Positions 49,067-58,091 of a stretch of DNA of 64,000 bases are shown piece after piece. Location of the stretch: assembly GCA_037440225.1 (NCBI GenBank), contig JBBIUN010000013.1:10936-74935 (forward strand), in the 5' to 3' direction. Under the pieces are notes generated by a model. The model made no database searches. It saw only the letters and a list, made by a program, of their open reading frames with translations, and was not told the origin of the DNA. Within the stretch, counting starts at the first letter, position 1. The number at the start of each line of letters is the position of its first letter. Made by a program: the position numbers and the translations under genes. The DNA is from Gemmatimonadota bacterium. GTDB taxonomy: Bacteria > Gemmatimonadota > Gemmatimonadetes > Gemmatimonadales > GWC2-71-9.

Positions 49067-49996
49067 ATGAGCTGGACCCCTATCGTGGTGGGCGTGGACC
49101 AGTCGCCCCAAGCCGCGGCAGCGGCGGCCTTCGCCTGGGAGCTGGCCCAGATCGCCAAAGCGGAGTGCTACTTCGTGCACGGCACGCGCCCGATGTTCAC
49201 CTCCACGGCGGCGGTCGAGTTCGTGGCGGATGTGGACGCGTTGCTGGAGCAGCAGGTGGACGCCGCCCGGATGGGCGTGGCGGCGGCGCTGGAGCGCGCC
49301 CTGCCTGCCGAAGCGCTTAGCCGGCTCGAGGTCCGGCTGGGTCGCGGCGCCGCGGTCATCACGGAGGTCGCCCGCGAACGCGGGGCGGCGCTGATCGTGC
49401 TGGGGGGCAAGCACCACTCCGCCTTGGGGCGCTGGATGGGGGGCAGCACCGCTCATCATGTGGTGCGCGCCACCGACGTCCCGCTGCTGGTCACGGGCGA
49501 GCATCCCGGCCCGATGCGCCGGGTCCTGGTGGCGGCCGATCTGTCGTACGCGGTGAAGCCCACGTGCGAGGCGGCGCTCCGGCTGGCAGAGGTACTGGGG
49601 GCCCAAGTCCGCGTGCTCCACGCCATCGAGCCGGTGCCCATTTTGGCGGAGATGCCGCTGGTGTTCGACGAGGAAGCCTTCTACCGGGACTCCGAGGAGC
49701 AGTTCGGCAGGTACGTCGAGCCCATCGTCGCCGGCTCGCCGGCGGAGACCGTTGCCCGCCGCGGGCCGGCAGCCGAGGTCATCGCGCAGGAAGTGCGCGA
49801 GTGGGGAGCGGACCTCGTGGCCGTGGGCTCCCACGGGAAGGGCTGGATGGACCGACTGCTGCTGGGGAGCACCACCGAGCGCCTGCTCGATCAGCTCCCC
49901 TCGTCGCTGCTGGTGGTGCCGGTGCGGGCTCCTCCCGGCGAGACCGGGCGCAGGTACCGCGGCGCGCCGGCGCTGCAGCGCTCGCCGGTGAGCTGA
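49067..49996 (+). CDS. Tandem-domain universal stress protein
   Basis: Two UspA-like halves (IVVGVDQSPQ...LIVLGGKHH and VLVAADLSYA...LVAVGSHGKG...SSLLVVP). Confidence 0.85.
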   Translation: MSWTPIVVGVDQSPQAAAAAAFAWELAQIAKAECYFVHGTRPMFTSTAAVEFVADVDALLEQQVDAARMGVAAALERALPAEALSRLEVRLGRGAAVITEVARERGAALIVLGGKHHSALGRWMGGSTAHHVVRATDVPLLVTGEHPGPMRRVLVAADLSYAVKPTCEAALRLAEVLGAQVRVLHAIEPVPILAEMPLVFDEEAFYRDSEEQFGRYVEPIVAGSPAETVARRGPAAEVIAQEVREWGADLVAVGSHGKGWMDRLLLGSTTERLLDQLPSSLLVVPVRAPPGETGRRYRGAPALQRSPVS

Positions 49997-50074
49997 TGGG
50001 GAACGAGCGGCGGCCCTGCCCGCTTCCGGGGCCGCGGCTCCAACGTTCGCCGACGGGCGGATTGGGGGGTCGTC

Positions 50075-50476
50075 GTGAAGGTTCGGGATCTCATGCAAAC
50101 CGATCTCAAAACCGTGACCCCGGACACCACGGTGGCCGAGGCGGTGCTCCTGCTCTCGGAAAACCACGTGTCCGGGGTGCCGGTGGTAGACGCTCGGAGC
50201 CGGGTCGTTGGCGTCCTGACGACCACCGATGTGCTCAACGCCGCCGCCGAGACGGCGGGATCCGAGGATCGCGAGCGCCTGTTCGAAGCCACCCGGGTCG
50301 AGGAGATCATGACGCCGCGGCCGATCACCATCAGCCCGGACAGCGACGTCAAGGAAGCCGCACAGCAAATGCTGTATCTTGAAGTGCATCGCCTGTTCGT
50401 GGAAGCGGACGGGCGGCTGGTGGGCGTGATTTCGCAAAGCGATATTGTTCGAGCCGTGGCCTTAGCGAGGATCTGA
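50075..50476 (+). CDS. CBS domain pair protein
   Basis: 133 aa with two CBS repeats (VSGVPVVD... and HRLFVEADGRLVGVISQSDIV). Its TGA overlaps the next ATG (ATGA). Confidence 0.85.
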   Translation: MKVRDLMQTDLKTVTPDTTVAEAVLLLSENHVSGVPVVDARSRVVGVLTTTDVLNAAAETAGSEDRERLFEATRVEEIMTPRPITISPDSDVKEAAQQMLYLEVHRLFVEADGRLVGVISQSDIVRAVALARI

Positions 50477-50616
50477 TGAGCCACCAAGACCCGAGCCTCG
50501 GCAATCATCCCCGGGGCACCCTAGCCATCGTCGGCCTGTACGGTCTCCTGTTCGCCATAGGCTGGCTGGCGTTTTTCTTCTTCATCTATCTCCCGCGCGG
50601 GGCCGTGACCCCGTAG
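50476..50616 (+). CDS. cbaD: ba3-type cytochrome c oxidase subunit IIa (46 aa; below the ORF-track length cutoff)
   Basis: My translation is MSHQDPSLGNHPRGTLAIVGLYGLLFAIGWLAFFFFIYLPRGAVTP*. It forms a single TM helix with the PxG(A/T)LA...RG pattern of Thermus subunit IIa. Position is directly 5' of subunit II. Confidence 0.7.
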   Translation: MSHQDPSLGNHPRGTLAIVGLYGLLFAIGWLAFFFFIYLPRGAVTP

Positions 50617-50623
50617 GACTGCC

Positions 50624-51100
50624 ATGTACATCGATCGCTACGAGCGTTTCTGGATGTGGAGCGCAGGCGTCATCTGCGCCGCCTTCTTCGGCGCCATCGT
50701 GATGGGTTTGGTCACCCAGGGCACCCGCCCGCCCAGCCACGTGGAAACCATTGACCCCAAGGGCGTTTGGACCGACGCCCGGTTCGCCGAGCGCGGCGTG
50801 CGCGTGAACTCCGACGGCAGCGTCACGGTGACCGCCGTCGCCATGATGTTCGCCTTCCAGCCCAACGAGATCCGCGTACCCGCCGGACGCCCCGTTACCT
50901 TCCGGCTGGCCAGTCCGGACGTGGTGCACGGGTTCGAGATCGTGGGTAGCAACGCCAACACCATGGTCATCCCCGGTTACGTGAGCCAGTTCACCACCAC
51001 CTTCACCACCCCGGGCGAGTATCTCATCGTCTGCAACGAGTACTGCGGCCTGGGCCATCACTCGATGATGGGCAAGCTCATCGTGGAGGAGGTGCCATGA
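50624..51100 (+). CDS. cbaB: ba3-type cytochrome c oxidase subunit II (CuA cupredoxin)
   Basis: CuA site HGF...CNEYCGLGHHSM. One N-terminal TM helix. Confidence 0.9.
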   Translation: MYIDRYERFWMWSAGVICAAFFGAIVMGLVTQGTRPPSHVETIDPKGVWTDARFAERGVRVNSDGSVTVTAVAMMFAFQPNEIRVPAGRPVTFRLASPDVVHGFEIVGSNANTMVIPGYVSQFTTTFTTPGEYLIVCNEYCGLGHHSMMGKLIVEEVP

Positions 51101-52719
51101 ACACCGAACGCCGCTTGGCCACCGCCAACATCGGGATCGCCGTCGCCGCCTTCGGGGTGGCAGCGGCCATGGCCCTGATGCAGGCGGTCTCCCGCGCCAA
51201 TCTCGACCTGCCCTGGCGGTCTCCCAAGATGTACTACCTCTCGGTGACCGCCCACGGCGTCCTGATGGCGCTGGTGTTCACCACCTTCTTCATCATGGGC
51301 CTGGGGATCGCACTCACTACCCACGGCCTCGGCCGGCCGCTCCGCTGGCCGCGGATCGGCTGGGCCTCGTTCTGGGTGGCCGTGGCCGGGACGCTGGCTG
51401 CGCTCTGGGCGATTTTCTGGGGCAAGGCCACGGTACTCTACACCTTCTACCCCCCACTCCAGGCCCACCCCGCGTTCTACATCGGCTTGACGCTCCTGGT
51501 GGTGGGCTCGTGGGTGTGGAGCGCAGTGATCGTCGCGACCTACCGCGCCTGGCGGGCCGAGCATCGCGAGCAACCCGTCCCGCTGGCGGTCTTCGGGATG
51601 CTCGCCACGATCATCGTCTGGCTGCTGGCCACGATCGGCGTGGCGGCGGAGATGTTGTTCCAGCTCATCCCGTGGTCCTTAGGGCTCACCCGCACCGTAG
51701 ACCCGTTGCTGGCACGCATGCTGTTTTGGTTTTTCGGCCACCCGCTGGTCTATTTCTGGTTGCTGCCGGCCTACGTGATCTGGTACACCGTGCTCCCCAA
51801 GGCCGCGGGCGGCAAGCTCTTCAGCGACCCGCTGGGCCGCATGGTGTTCGCCTTGTTCATCATCCTGTCCACGCCGGTAGGGTTCCATCACCAGTTCATG
51901 GACCCTGGCATCGCTTCGGGCTGGAAGCTGTTGCACACCTTCAACACGCTGGGCATCCTGTTTCCCAGCTTCGTGACCGCGTTCACGGTGGTGGCCTCGC
52001 TGGAGATCGCCGGCCGTGCTCGCGGCGCCACCGGCTGGTTCGATTGGCTCGGTAAGCTCCCCTGGGGCGATCCCTTGGTCGCTTCCGTCCTGCTGAGCAT
52101 GCTGTTGTTCGCGGTGGGCGGCTTCGGCGGCGCGATCAACGCCGCCTACGGCATGAACTCCATGGTTCATAACACCGCCTGGGTCCAGGGTCACTTCCAC
52201 CTTACCGTGGGAAGCGCCGTCGCGCTCACCTTCATGGGCACGGCTTACTGGCTGGTGCCCAAGCTGGTGGGCCGGGAGCTGGAACTGGCCCTCCTCGCCA
52301 AGGTGCAGCCCTATCTCTGGTTCGCAGGCATGATGCTCTTTTCGATCGCCAACCACGTGACCGGCTTGATGGGCATGCCCCGGCGCATCTACGACCCGAC
52401 CTACCTCGGCAGCACGGTCGCGGAGCGATGGGGCGGCCTCACCGCGCTCTCCGCGCTGGGGGGCGTCTTTCTCTTCGCCAGCGCCACCTTTTTCCTCTTG
52501 GTGATGCTGGGAACGGTGCTCGCCGGGCGCCCCACCACGGATACCGCCATCAGCTTCGCCGAGCCGCTGGAGGGTGAGCCGGCCAAGCGCCTGGTCTTCG
52601 ACCGGCTGGGACTCTGGATCACGGTGGCTGTCGTGCTGGTCTTGATCGCCTACGCCTATCCCCTAGCCGACCACCTCAGCATGACGACCTACGGCTCCCC
52701 CGGCTTCAAGCCGTTCTGA
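51097..52719 (+). CDS. cbaA: ba3-type (B-family) cytochrome c oxidase subunit I
   Basis: 540 aa and polytopic, with FFGHPLVYFWLLP and HHQF motifs. Overlaps subunit II by ATGA. Confidence 0.9.
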   Translation: MNTERRLATANIGIAVAAFGVAAAMALMQAVSRANLDLPWRSPKMYYLSVTAHGVLMALVFTTFFIMGLGIALTTHGLGRPLRWPRIGWASFWVAVAGTLAALWAIFWGKATVLYTFYPPLQAHPAFYIGLTLLVVGSWVWSAVIVATYRAWRAEHREQPVPLAVFGMLATIIVWLLATIGVAAEMLFQLIPWSLGLTRTVDPLLARMLFWFFGHPLVYFWLLPAYVIWYTVLPKAAGGKLFSDPLGRMVFALFIILSTPVGFHHQFMDPGIASGWKLLHTFNTLGILFPSFVTAFTVVASLEIAGRARGATGWFDWLGKLPWGDPLVASVLLSMLLFAVGGFGGAINAAYGMNSMVHNTAWVQGHFHLTVGSAVALTFMGTAYWLVPKLVGRELELALLAKVQPYLWFAGMMLFSIANHVTGLMGMPRRIYDPTYLGSTVAERWGGLTALSALGGVFLFASATFFLLVMLGTVLAGRPTTDTAISFAEPLEGEPAKRLVFDRLGLWITVAVVLVLIAYAYPLADHLSMTTYGSPGFKPF

Positions 52720-52819
52720 GTTGGGCGCCGCGTGGCGGGAGCCGGCGCGACCGACCGGCCTCGCGCGGAGCGTGGCGCGGAAAACCTCCGCCGCCGCGCT
52801 CTCGCTATCTGCGCCCTGA

Positions 52820-53554
52820 TCAGCGGCCGAGATACTGCTGAAACACCACCATGCCCACCAGCGTCAAGCACACCGCCAGTGCTACGCCCGCGCGACGCGC
52901 CTGGTCGTACGCTTCCGGCAGCAACTCCACCAGCACCATGAAGACCATGGCCCCGGCCGCGAAGCCGATGCCGTAGGGCAAGGCCGGAGCCACAGCTTCC
53001 ACGAAGAGGAACGCCGGCACCGCCATCAGCGGCTGCGGCAGGGACGAAACCACGCTCCAGGCCGCGCACCCGGCGACCCCCACGCCCCGCGGGTAGAGCA
53101 CCGCACTGATCGCCAAGCCCTCCGGCACGTTGTGCACCGCGATGGCGATAGCGATGGCCGCGGCCAGCGAAACGCTCCCGCCGAAGGCCACGCCGACCGC
53201 GACGCCTTCCGAGAAGGAGTGCACCGTCATCACGACCATCATGAGCAGCACCCGCCGGGCGCCTCCGCGCCCGGCGGCGGCCCACCGCAACTGGCATGTC
53301 GCCAGGAGCCGCTGCGTCGCCAGAATGAACAGCACGCCTGCCGTGGCCCCGACGACGGTCTCCCCGGCGCCGTGCCGCGTCCCCTCGGCCACGAGCCCAA
53401 AACTTGCGCCGAGCATGAGACCCGACGCCACGGCGTTGGCCCACGCCACCCCCGCCGGCGAGACGGTACGGACCAAAGCGAAGGGCAAAGCGCCCAAGCC
53501 CGTCGCGGCCGCGGTGAGCAGGGCGTACCAGAACACCAGCGCCGCGTCGGGCAC
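52820..53554 (-). CDS. ZIP-family divalent metal transporter
   Basis: Carries HSFSEGVAVG and AIAVHNVPEGLA. GTG start directly follows the upstream TGA. Confidence 0.85.
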   Translation of the reverse strand: MPDAALVFWYALLTAAATGLGALPFALVRTVSPAGVAWANAVASGLMLGASFGLVAEGTRHGAGETVVGATAGVLFILATQRLLATCQLRWAAAGRGGARRVLLMMVVMTVHSFSEGVAVGVAFGGSVSLAAAIAIAIAVHNVPEGLAISAVLYPRGVGVAGCAAWSVVSSLPQPLMAVPAFLFVEAVAPALPYGIGFAAGAMVFMVLVELLPEAYDQARRAGVALAVCLTLVGMVVFQQYLGR

Positions 53555-54283
53555 TCAGCGAACTCCGCTCGCCAGCACCACGATCCCCATAGCCAGAATC
53601 GCCACCAGGGCGACGCTGGTGGGCCCCGCCTGCCGATAACAGTGCGGCAGCAGCTCAGCCATCACCAAGTAGACCAGGGCCCCTACCGCCACGCCCAACA
53701 CCCACCCGACCAGCGCCGGAGCGGCGGACAGCACAGCGAACGTGGTGACGGCCAGCAGCACCTGGCTGACCCGCGTCGCGCCGGCCGCCGCCACGGCCCC
53801 GCCCAAACCTAGCCCCCGGCTGTGCAGCACCGTCGCAAGGACCGCCACTTCGGCCACGTTGTGGACTGCGATCGCCGAGGCCATGAGCAACCCCAACGCG
53901 GGCGCCAACACCATGGCCACCCCGATCGCGATCCCTTCGGGCGCCGTGTGCAGCATGTTGACCAACAGCAACTGGTAGCCGTAGTCCGGGGCCGTCTCGC
54001 CCAAGCGATTCAAATCCAGCTCCTGCATACCCGCCGCCCGGTGCACCCAGTACAGGAACCCGATGCCCGCCGCTGCCCCCACGGCCGCCCGAGCAGGCGC
54101 CGGCCCGAGACCTGCGGCCATCAGGAGATACGCCCCGCCCAACATCAACCCAGCCGCCACCCCGTTGGCCCAGCCCAGCCAGGACGCCGGCAATCGGCGC
54201 CGGAACGCCACCGGTATGGCGGCCAAGCCCGCAGCAGCCATGGCAACACTCGCATAGGCCAGCACCGCCAGCGTGGGGTGCAC
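53555..54283 (-). CDS. ZIP-family divalent metal transporter (divergent paralog)
   Basis: Carries HTAPEGIAIG and AIAVHNVAEVAV. The second metal motif is degenerate. Confidence 0.8.
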   Translation of the reverse strand: MHPTLAVLAYASVAMAAAGLAAIPVAFRRRLPASWLGWANGVAAGLMLGGAYLLMAAGLGPAPARAAVGAAAGIGFLYWVHRAAGMQELDLNRLGETAPDYGYQLLLVNMLHTAPEGIAIGVAMVLAPALGLLMASAIAVHNVAEVAVLATVLHSRGLGLGGAVAAAGATRVSQVLLAVTTFAVLSAAPALVGWVLGVAVGALVYLVMAELLPHCYRQAGPTSVALVAILAMGIVVLASGVR

Positions 54284-54402
54284 GGCTCGCCTCCTGGACG
54301 CCCCGGCTGCCAGTATACCACGCGCGCGGCCAAGCCGTCACCCACGCGGCGTCCCAGGGACTGGCAAGCCGGCTTGACCGGCTGGGCGGCACCCCTGGGC
54401 TC

Positions 54403-55716
54403 GTGCCTGCACCCATCCGCCCTAGCGGCGCCGGCGGATGGCGCGCTACGTTTGAGCTGGGAAGCCCTCCCGAGACCGCGACCGTGGCCGAACCGTGTAA
54501 CCCGCCAGACCGGCTCCAGCAGCGCCTGGAGCGCTTGGTTCGCGCCGGCATCCGTATCTACGCCGAGCGGGAGCTGCCAGCCGTGCTCCAACAGGTGGTG
54601 GATTCCGCGCGCGAGGTGATCGGCGCGCGGTACGCGGCACTGGGGGTGTTGAACCCGGCGGGCACCGGCTTAGGGACCTTTGTGACCAGCGGCATCAGCG
54701 CCGAGGAGCACGCCCGCATCGGCCAACCGCCTCAGGGGCACGGCATCCTGGGCCTGCTCATCCGCGATCCCAAGCCCTTGCGGCTCGCCAATCTCACCTG
54801 CCACCCGAGCTTTCACGGGTTTCCTCCCCACCATCCCCGCATGCGCTCGTTCCTGGGCGTCCCCGTGGTGGGGCGCCAAGGGCCCATCGGCAACCTCTAC
54901 CTCGCAGAGAAGCTGGGTGCGGAGGAATTCAGCGCTGAAGACGAGAGCATCGCGGTGATGCTGGCGGCCCAGGCGGCGGTGGCGGTGGAAAACGTGCGGC
55001 TTATCGAAGAGACCCAGCGCCTGCTGGGGGACCTCCGCTCCATGCAGCGGGCGCGGGATCGCTTCTACGCCATGATCAACCACGAGTTGCGCAATGCGCT
55101 CACCGCGGTGTACGGGTGGGCCGATCTGCTCATCCGGCGCGGAACCGAGGGCCTGCCCCGCGCCGCCATCGAAGTGTACGAATCGGCCGAACGCACCCTG
55201 ACGCTGCTCAACGACCTCCTCGACTTGAGCCGCCTCGATGCCGCGCAGCTGGTGCCCGTAGTTCGAGAAACCAACGCCCGCGACGTCATCGGCGAAGCCA
55301 TCCGAGCGGTGCTGCCCGCCGCCGAAGCCCGCCAGGTCCGCATCGAGACCGTGGCCAAAGACGGCGAGCTGCTCTGCCGCACCGACCCGGTCCGGGTCCG
55401 GCAAATCATGATCAACCTGCTCTCCAACGCCGTCCGACACAGCCCCACGGGCGAGACCGTCCGCGTCGAGGTCAAGGACAGCGAGTCCCGGCTCCGCATT
55501 GACGTGGTGGACTGCGGCGAAGGCTTGAGCCCCGAGGAGCAGGCCATCATCTTCGATGCCTTCGTGCGAGCCGGCTCCGAACACGAACGGGGCACCGGCT
55601 TGGGGCTCACCCTGTCCCGCCAGCTCGCCCGACTGCTGGGCGGGGACCTCAAGGTCGAGAGCCAGAAGGGAGCCGGCGCTCGCTTCATCCTGGATGTCGC
55701 CCGGTTTCTGAGCTAG
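54403..55716 (+). CDS. GAF-domain sensor histidine kinase (cytoplasmic)
   Basis: GAF region (ARYAALGVLN...FLGVPV...GNLYLAEK), H-box INHELRNALTAV and GTGLGL. Start uncertain (alternative GTG 54484). Confidence 0.85.
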   Translation: MPAPIRPSGAGGWRATFELGSPPETATVAEPCNPPDRLQQRLERLVRAGIRIYAERELPAVLQQVVDSAREVIGARYAALGVLNPAGTGLGTFVTSGISAEEHARIGQPPQGHGILGLLIRDPKPLRLANLTCHPSFHGFPPHHPRMRSFLGVPVVGRQGPIGNLYLAEKLGAEEFSAEDESIAVMLAAQAAVAVENVRLIEETQRLLGDLRSMQRARDRFYAMINHELRNALTAVYGWADLLIRRGTEGLPRAAIEVYESAERTLTLLNDLLDLSRLDAAQLVPVVRETNARDVIGEAIRAVLPAAEARQVRIETVAKDGELLCRTDPVRVRQIMINLLSNAVRHSPTGETVRVEVKDSESRLRIDVVDCGEGLSPEEQAIIFDAFVRAGSEHERGTGLGLTLSRQLARLLGGDLKVESQKGAGARFILDVARFLS

Positions 55717-55779
55717 ACTTAAAGAAGCCTTCATTCGAAGTTCAGGCACCAGTCACCAAAACGGCGATACGGTTCGGCC

Positions 55780-56466
55780 ATGAAGATCCTGGTAGTCGAG
55801 GACGACCGCAAAGTCGCCGGATTCATCGAACAAGGCCTGCGGGAGGAAGGCTACGCCGTGGACGTCGCCCGTGACGGGGACGAGGCGACCACCTTGGCCC
55901 ACGTCAACGACTACGACGCCATCCTGCTGGACCTGATGCTCCCCAAGAAAAACGGCCTCCAGGTCGCCTCCGAATTGCGGCGGGAGGGCCGCCGCACGCC
56001 GATCCTCATGCTCACCGCCCGGGACTCCACCGAAGACGTGGTCCGGGGACTGGATGCCGGTGCGGACGACTACCTTGCCAAACCGTTCAAGTTCGACGAA
56101 CTGCTAGCCCGCTTGCGGGCTTTGACCCGCCGGGGCGGGGCCGCCAGACTCGACCGCCTGTCCTACGGGCCTCTCGAGCTCGACCGCCTGCGCCACAAAG
56201 CCCGCGCCGCCGGGCACGTGCTCGATCTCACCCCCCGGGAGTTCCAACTCCTGGAACACTTCATGCTGCACCCGGAAGAGGTCATCCGCCGGACCGAACT
56301 CCTGGAAAAGGTCTGGGACATGCACTTCGACCCCGAAAGCAACGTGGTGGACGTCCACGTCGGCAACCTGCGGCGCAAGCTCCGGGAAGCCGGCTGCGAT
56401 GGACTGATCCAAACGGTGCGGGGGGTCGGCTTCTGCCTCAAGAGCCCTGAGGCCGCTGACGCCTGA
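55780..56466 (+). CDS. OmpR-family response regulator (CusR/CopR-like)
   Basis: Carries MKILVVEDD...ILLDLMLP and a winged-helix C-terminus (LTPREFQLLEHFM...VRGVGF). Confidence 0.9.
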   Translation: MKILVVEDDRKVAGFIEQGLREEGYAVDVARDGDEATTLAHVNDYDAILLDLMLPKKNGLQVASELRREGRRTPILMLTARDSTEDVVRGLDAGADDYLAKPFKFDELLARLRALTRRGGAARLDRLSYGPLELDRLRHKARAAGHVLDLTPREFQLLEHFMLHPEEVIRRTELLEKVWDMHFDPESNVVDVHVGNLRRKLREAGCDGLIQTVRGVGFCLKSPEAADA

Positions 56467-57854
56467 TGTTTTCGCTGCGCCGCACCCTGGCGGTGCGGTT
56501 CTCCCTTACCATCTTTGCTGCCCTGCTGCTGATCGCGCTCTGGGCGTTCTTGGGCGCCCAGCACACCTTGCGCCAGCAGCTCGATAACGGCCTCAACAGC
56601 GCTCTCAACCTGGAACGCGACGTGCTGGCCTCCGGCAGCTCCCTGCCCCCCCACCCCGGCCCGGTGGATTTCGAGAGCTTTGTCCAACACCTGAACCGCT
56701 TCGTTGTGGTGCGGGACACCCACGGCAACATCCTGGACATGAACACCGCCCTGGCCGGCGATCTCCCCTTGGACTCGAGCGCCTTCGCCGCCGCCCTGGC
56801 CGGCCGTACCGTTTGGGCGACCCATCGCTGGGGCGATCAGTGGATCCGCTCCGTCTATGCCCCCGCGCCAGCCGCCAGCCCCCCCGGCATGCGCGTGGTG
56901 CAGGTCACCGCCTCGCTCAGCCAGCTCGAACGCGAAAACCGCGAGGTCTTGTTCTTGCTGTTGGGCACCGTCCTGTTGAGCACCGTGGCCACCGCCTTCG
57001 GCGCCCTGTGGCTGGCCGGCTCGGCCGTGCGCCCCGTCACCGAGATCACCGAGCAGGCCCAGCGGATCGGCCCGCGCGTGGCGGGCCAGCGCATCACCGC
57101 GCATGCCGACGTCGCCGAGTTCCAGGGCCTGGTCAAGGTGCTCAACTCGATGCTGGAACGCCTGGATCGCGCCTTCGAAACGCAACGCCGCATCATCGCC
57201 GACGTGGCCCACGACCTGCGCACGCCGATCACGGCCGTTCAGGGCGAACTGGAGGTCGCCCTGCGCGGGCAGCGAAGTCCGGAACAGTACCGGGTCGCCC
57301 TGACCAGCATCCTGGAAAGTGTCGAGCACTTGAGCAGCATCAACGAGGCGCTTATCCTTCTCGCCCGAATCGAGGCCGGCGAGCTTCGGCCCCAGCCCGC
57401 CCGGGTGGACCTTGCCCTGCTCGCGGCCGCCGCCGTCCAGCGGGTGCATCCCCGTGCCGGGGGCCGCCCGCTTCACTTCCAGCGCGTAGGCGACGGAGAC
57501 ACCACCGTATGGGCCGATCCCGCGATGATCGGAGTCATGCTGGATCAACTGCTCGATAACGCCGTACGCCATACGCCGCCCGAGACCCGGGTCGAAACCC
57601 TGGTCACCGGCAATCACGGCCAGGTCACCGTCGCCGTGCGGGACAACGGGCCTGGGATCCCGCCCGAAGTCCTGCCCTATCTGTTCGAGCGCTTCTACCG
57701 AGCCGATCCGGCCCGCTCCCGTACCGCCGGGCCCGGCCTGGGCCTCACCGTTGCGGCCGCCATCGCAGACGCTCATCACGGCGCCATCCGCGCGCACAAT
57801 CTGCCCTCGGGCGGGCTCGAGGTCGCCGTGACCCTCCCCACCGGATCCGCCTGA
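56466..57854 (+). CDS. Membrane sensor histidine kinase (CusS-like: 2 TM, HAMP, HisKA, HATPase)
   Basis: H-box VAHDLRTPITAV, plus DNGPGI and GPGLGL. ATG overlaps the regulator stop (TGATG). Confidence 0.9.
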   Translation: MFSLRRTLAVRFSLTIFAALLLIALWAFLGAQHTLRQQLDNGLNSALNLERDVLASGSSLPPHPGPVDFESFVQHLNRFVVVRDTHGNILDMNTALAGDLPLDSSAFAAALAGRTVWATHRWGDQWIRSVYAPAPAASPPGMRVVQVTASLSQLERENREVLFLLLGTVLLSTVATAFGALWLAGSAVRPVTEITEQAQRIGPRVAGQRITAHADVAEFQGLVKVLNSMLERLDRAFETQRRIIADVAHDLRTPITAVQGELEVALRGQRSPEQYRVALTSILESVEHLSSINEALILLARIEAGELRPQPARVDLALLAAAAVQRVHPRAGGRPLHFQRVGDGDTTVWADPAMIGVMLDQLLDNAVRHTPPETRVETLVTGNHGQVTVAVRDNGPGIPPEVLPYLFERFYRADPARSRTAGPGLGLTVAAAIADAHHGAIRAHNLPSGGLEVAVTLPTGSA

Positions 57855-58091
57855 GTGGACCTTCACCGCCTGTTCCGATCGCTTTCATCGCTTTGCCGCG
57901 AGCTTGTTCCCCCGCATACGGACACCGGAAATTCGCATGCCGGCCAACGTGGGAAGGACGGACGCGGCGGTGATCTTGGCGGGAACCGCCGTGACCCGCG
58001 TCTGCCCGCTGTGGTCCCTGCTCCACGTCAATACCTCTCGCACTTCGTCTAGACAACCCGGAGATCGAACGAAAGGAACGCAACGCGCTTT

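Noticed and set aside
53552-53560. In-frame TGA between the two ZIP genes, considered as a third selenocysteine or programmed read-through site.
   Set aside because: Each flank is a complete ZIP protein. The TGA is at a gene boundary rather than at a Cys-equivalent position, and a GTG start follows immediately. I did not find a SECIS-like hairpin that I could support.
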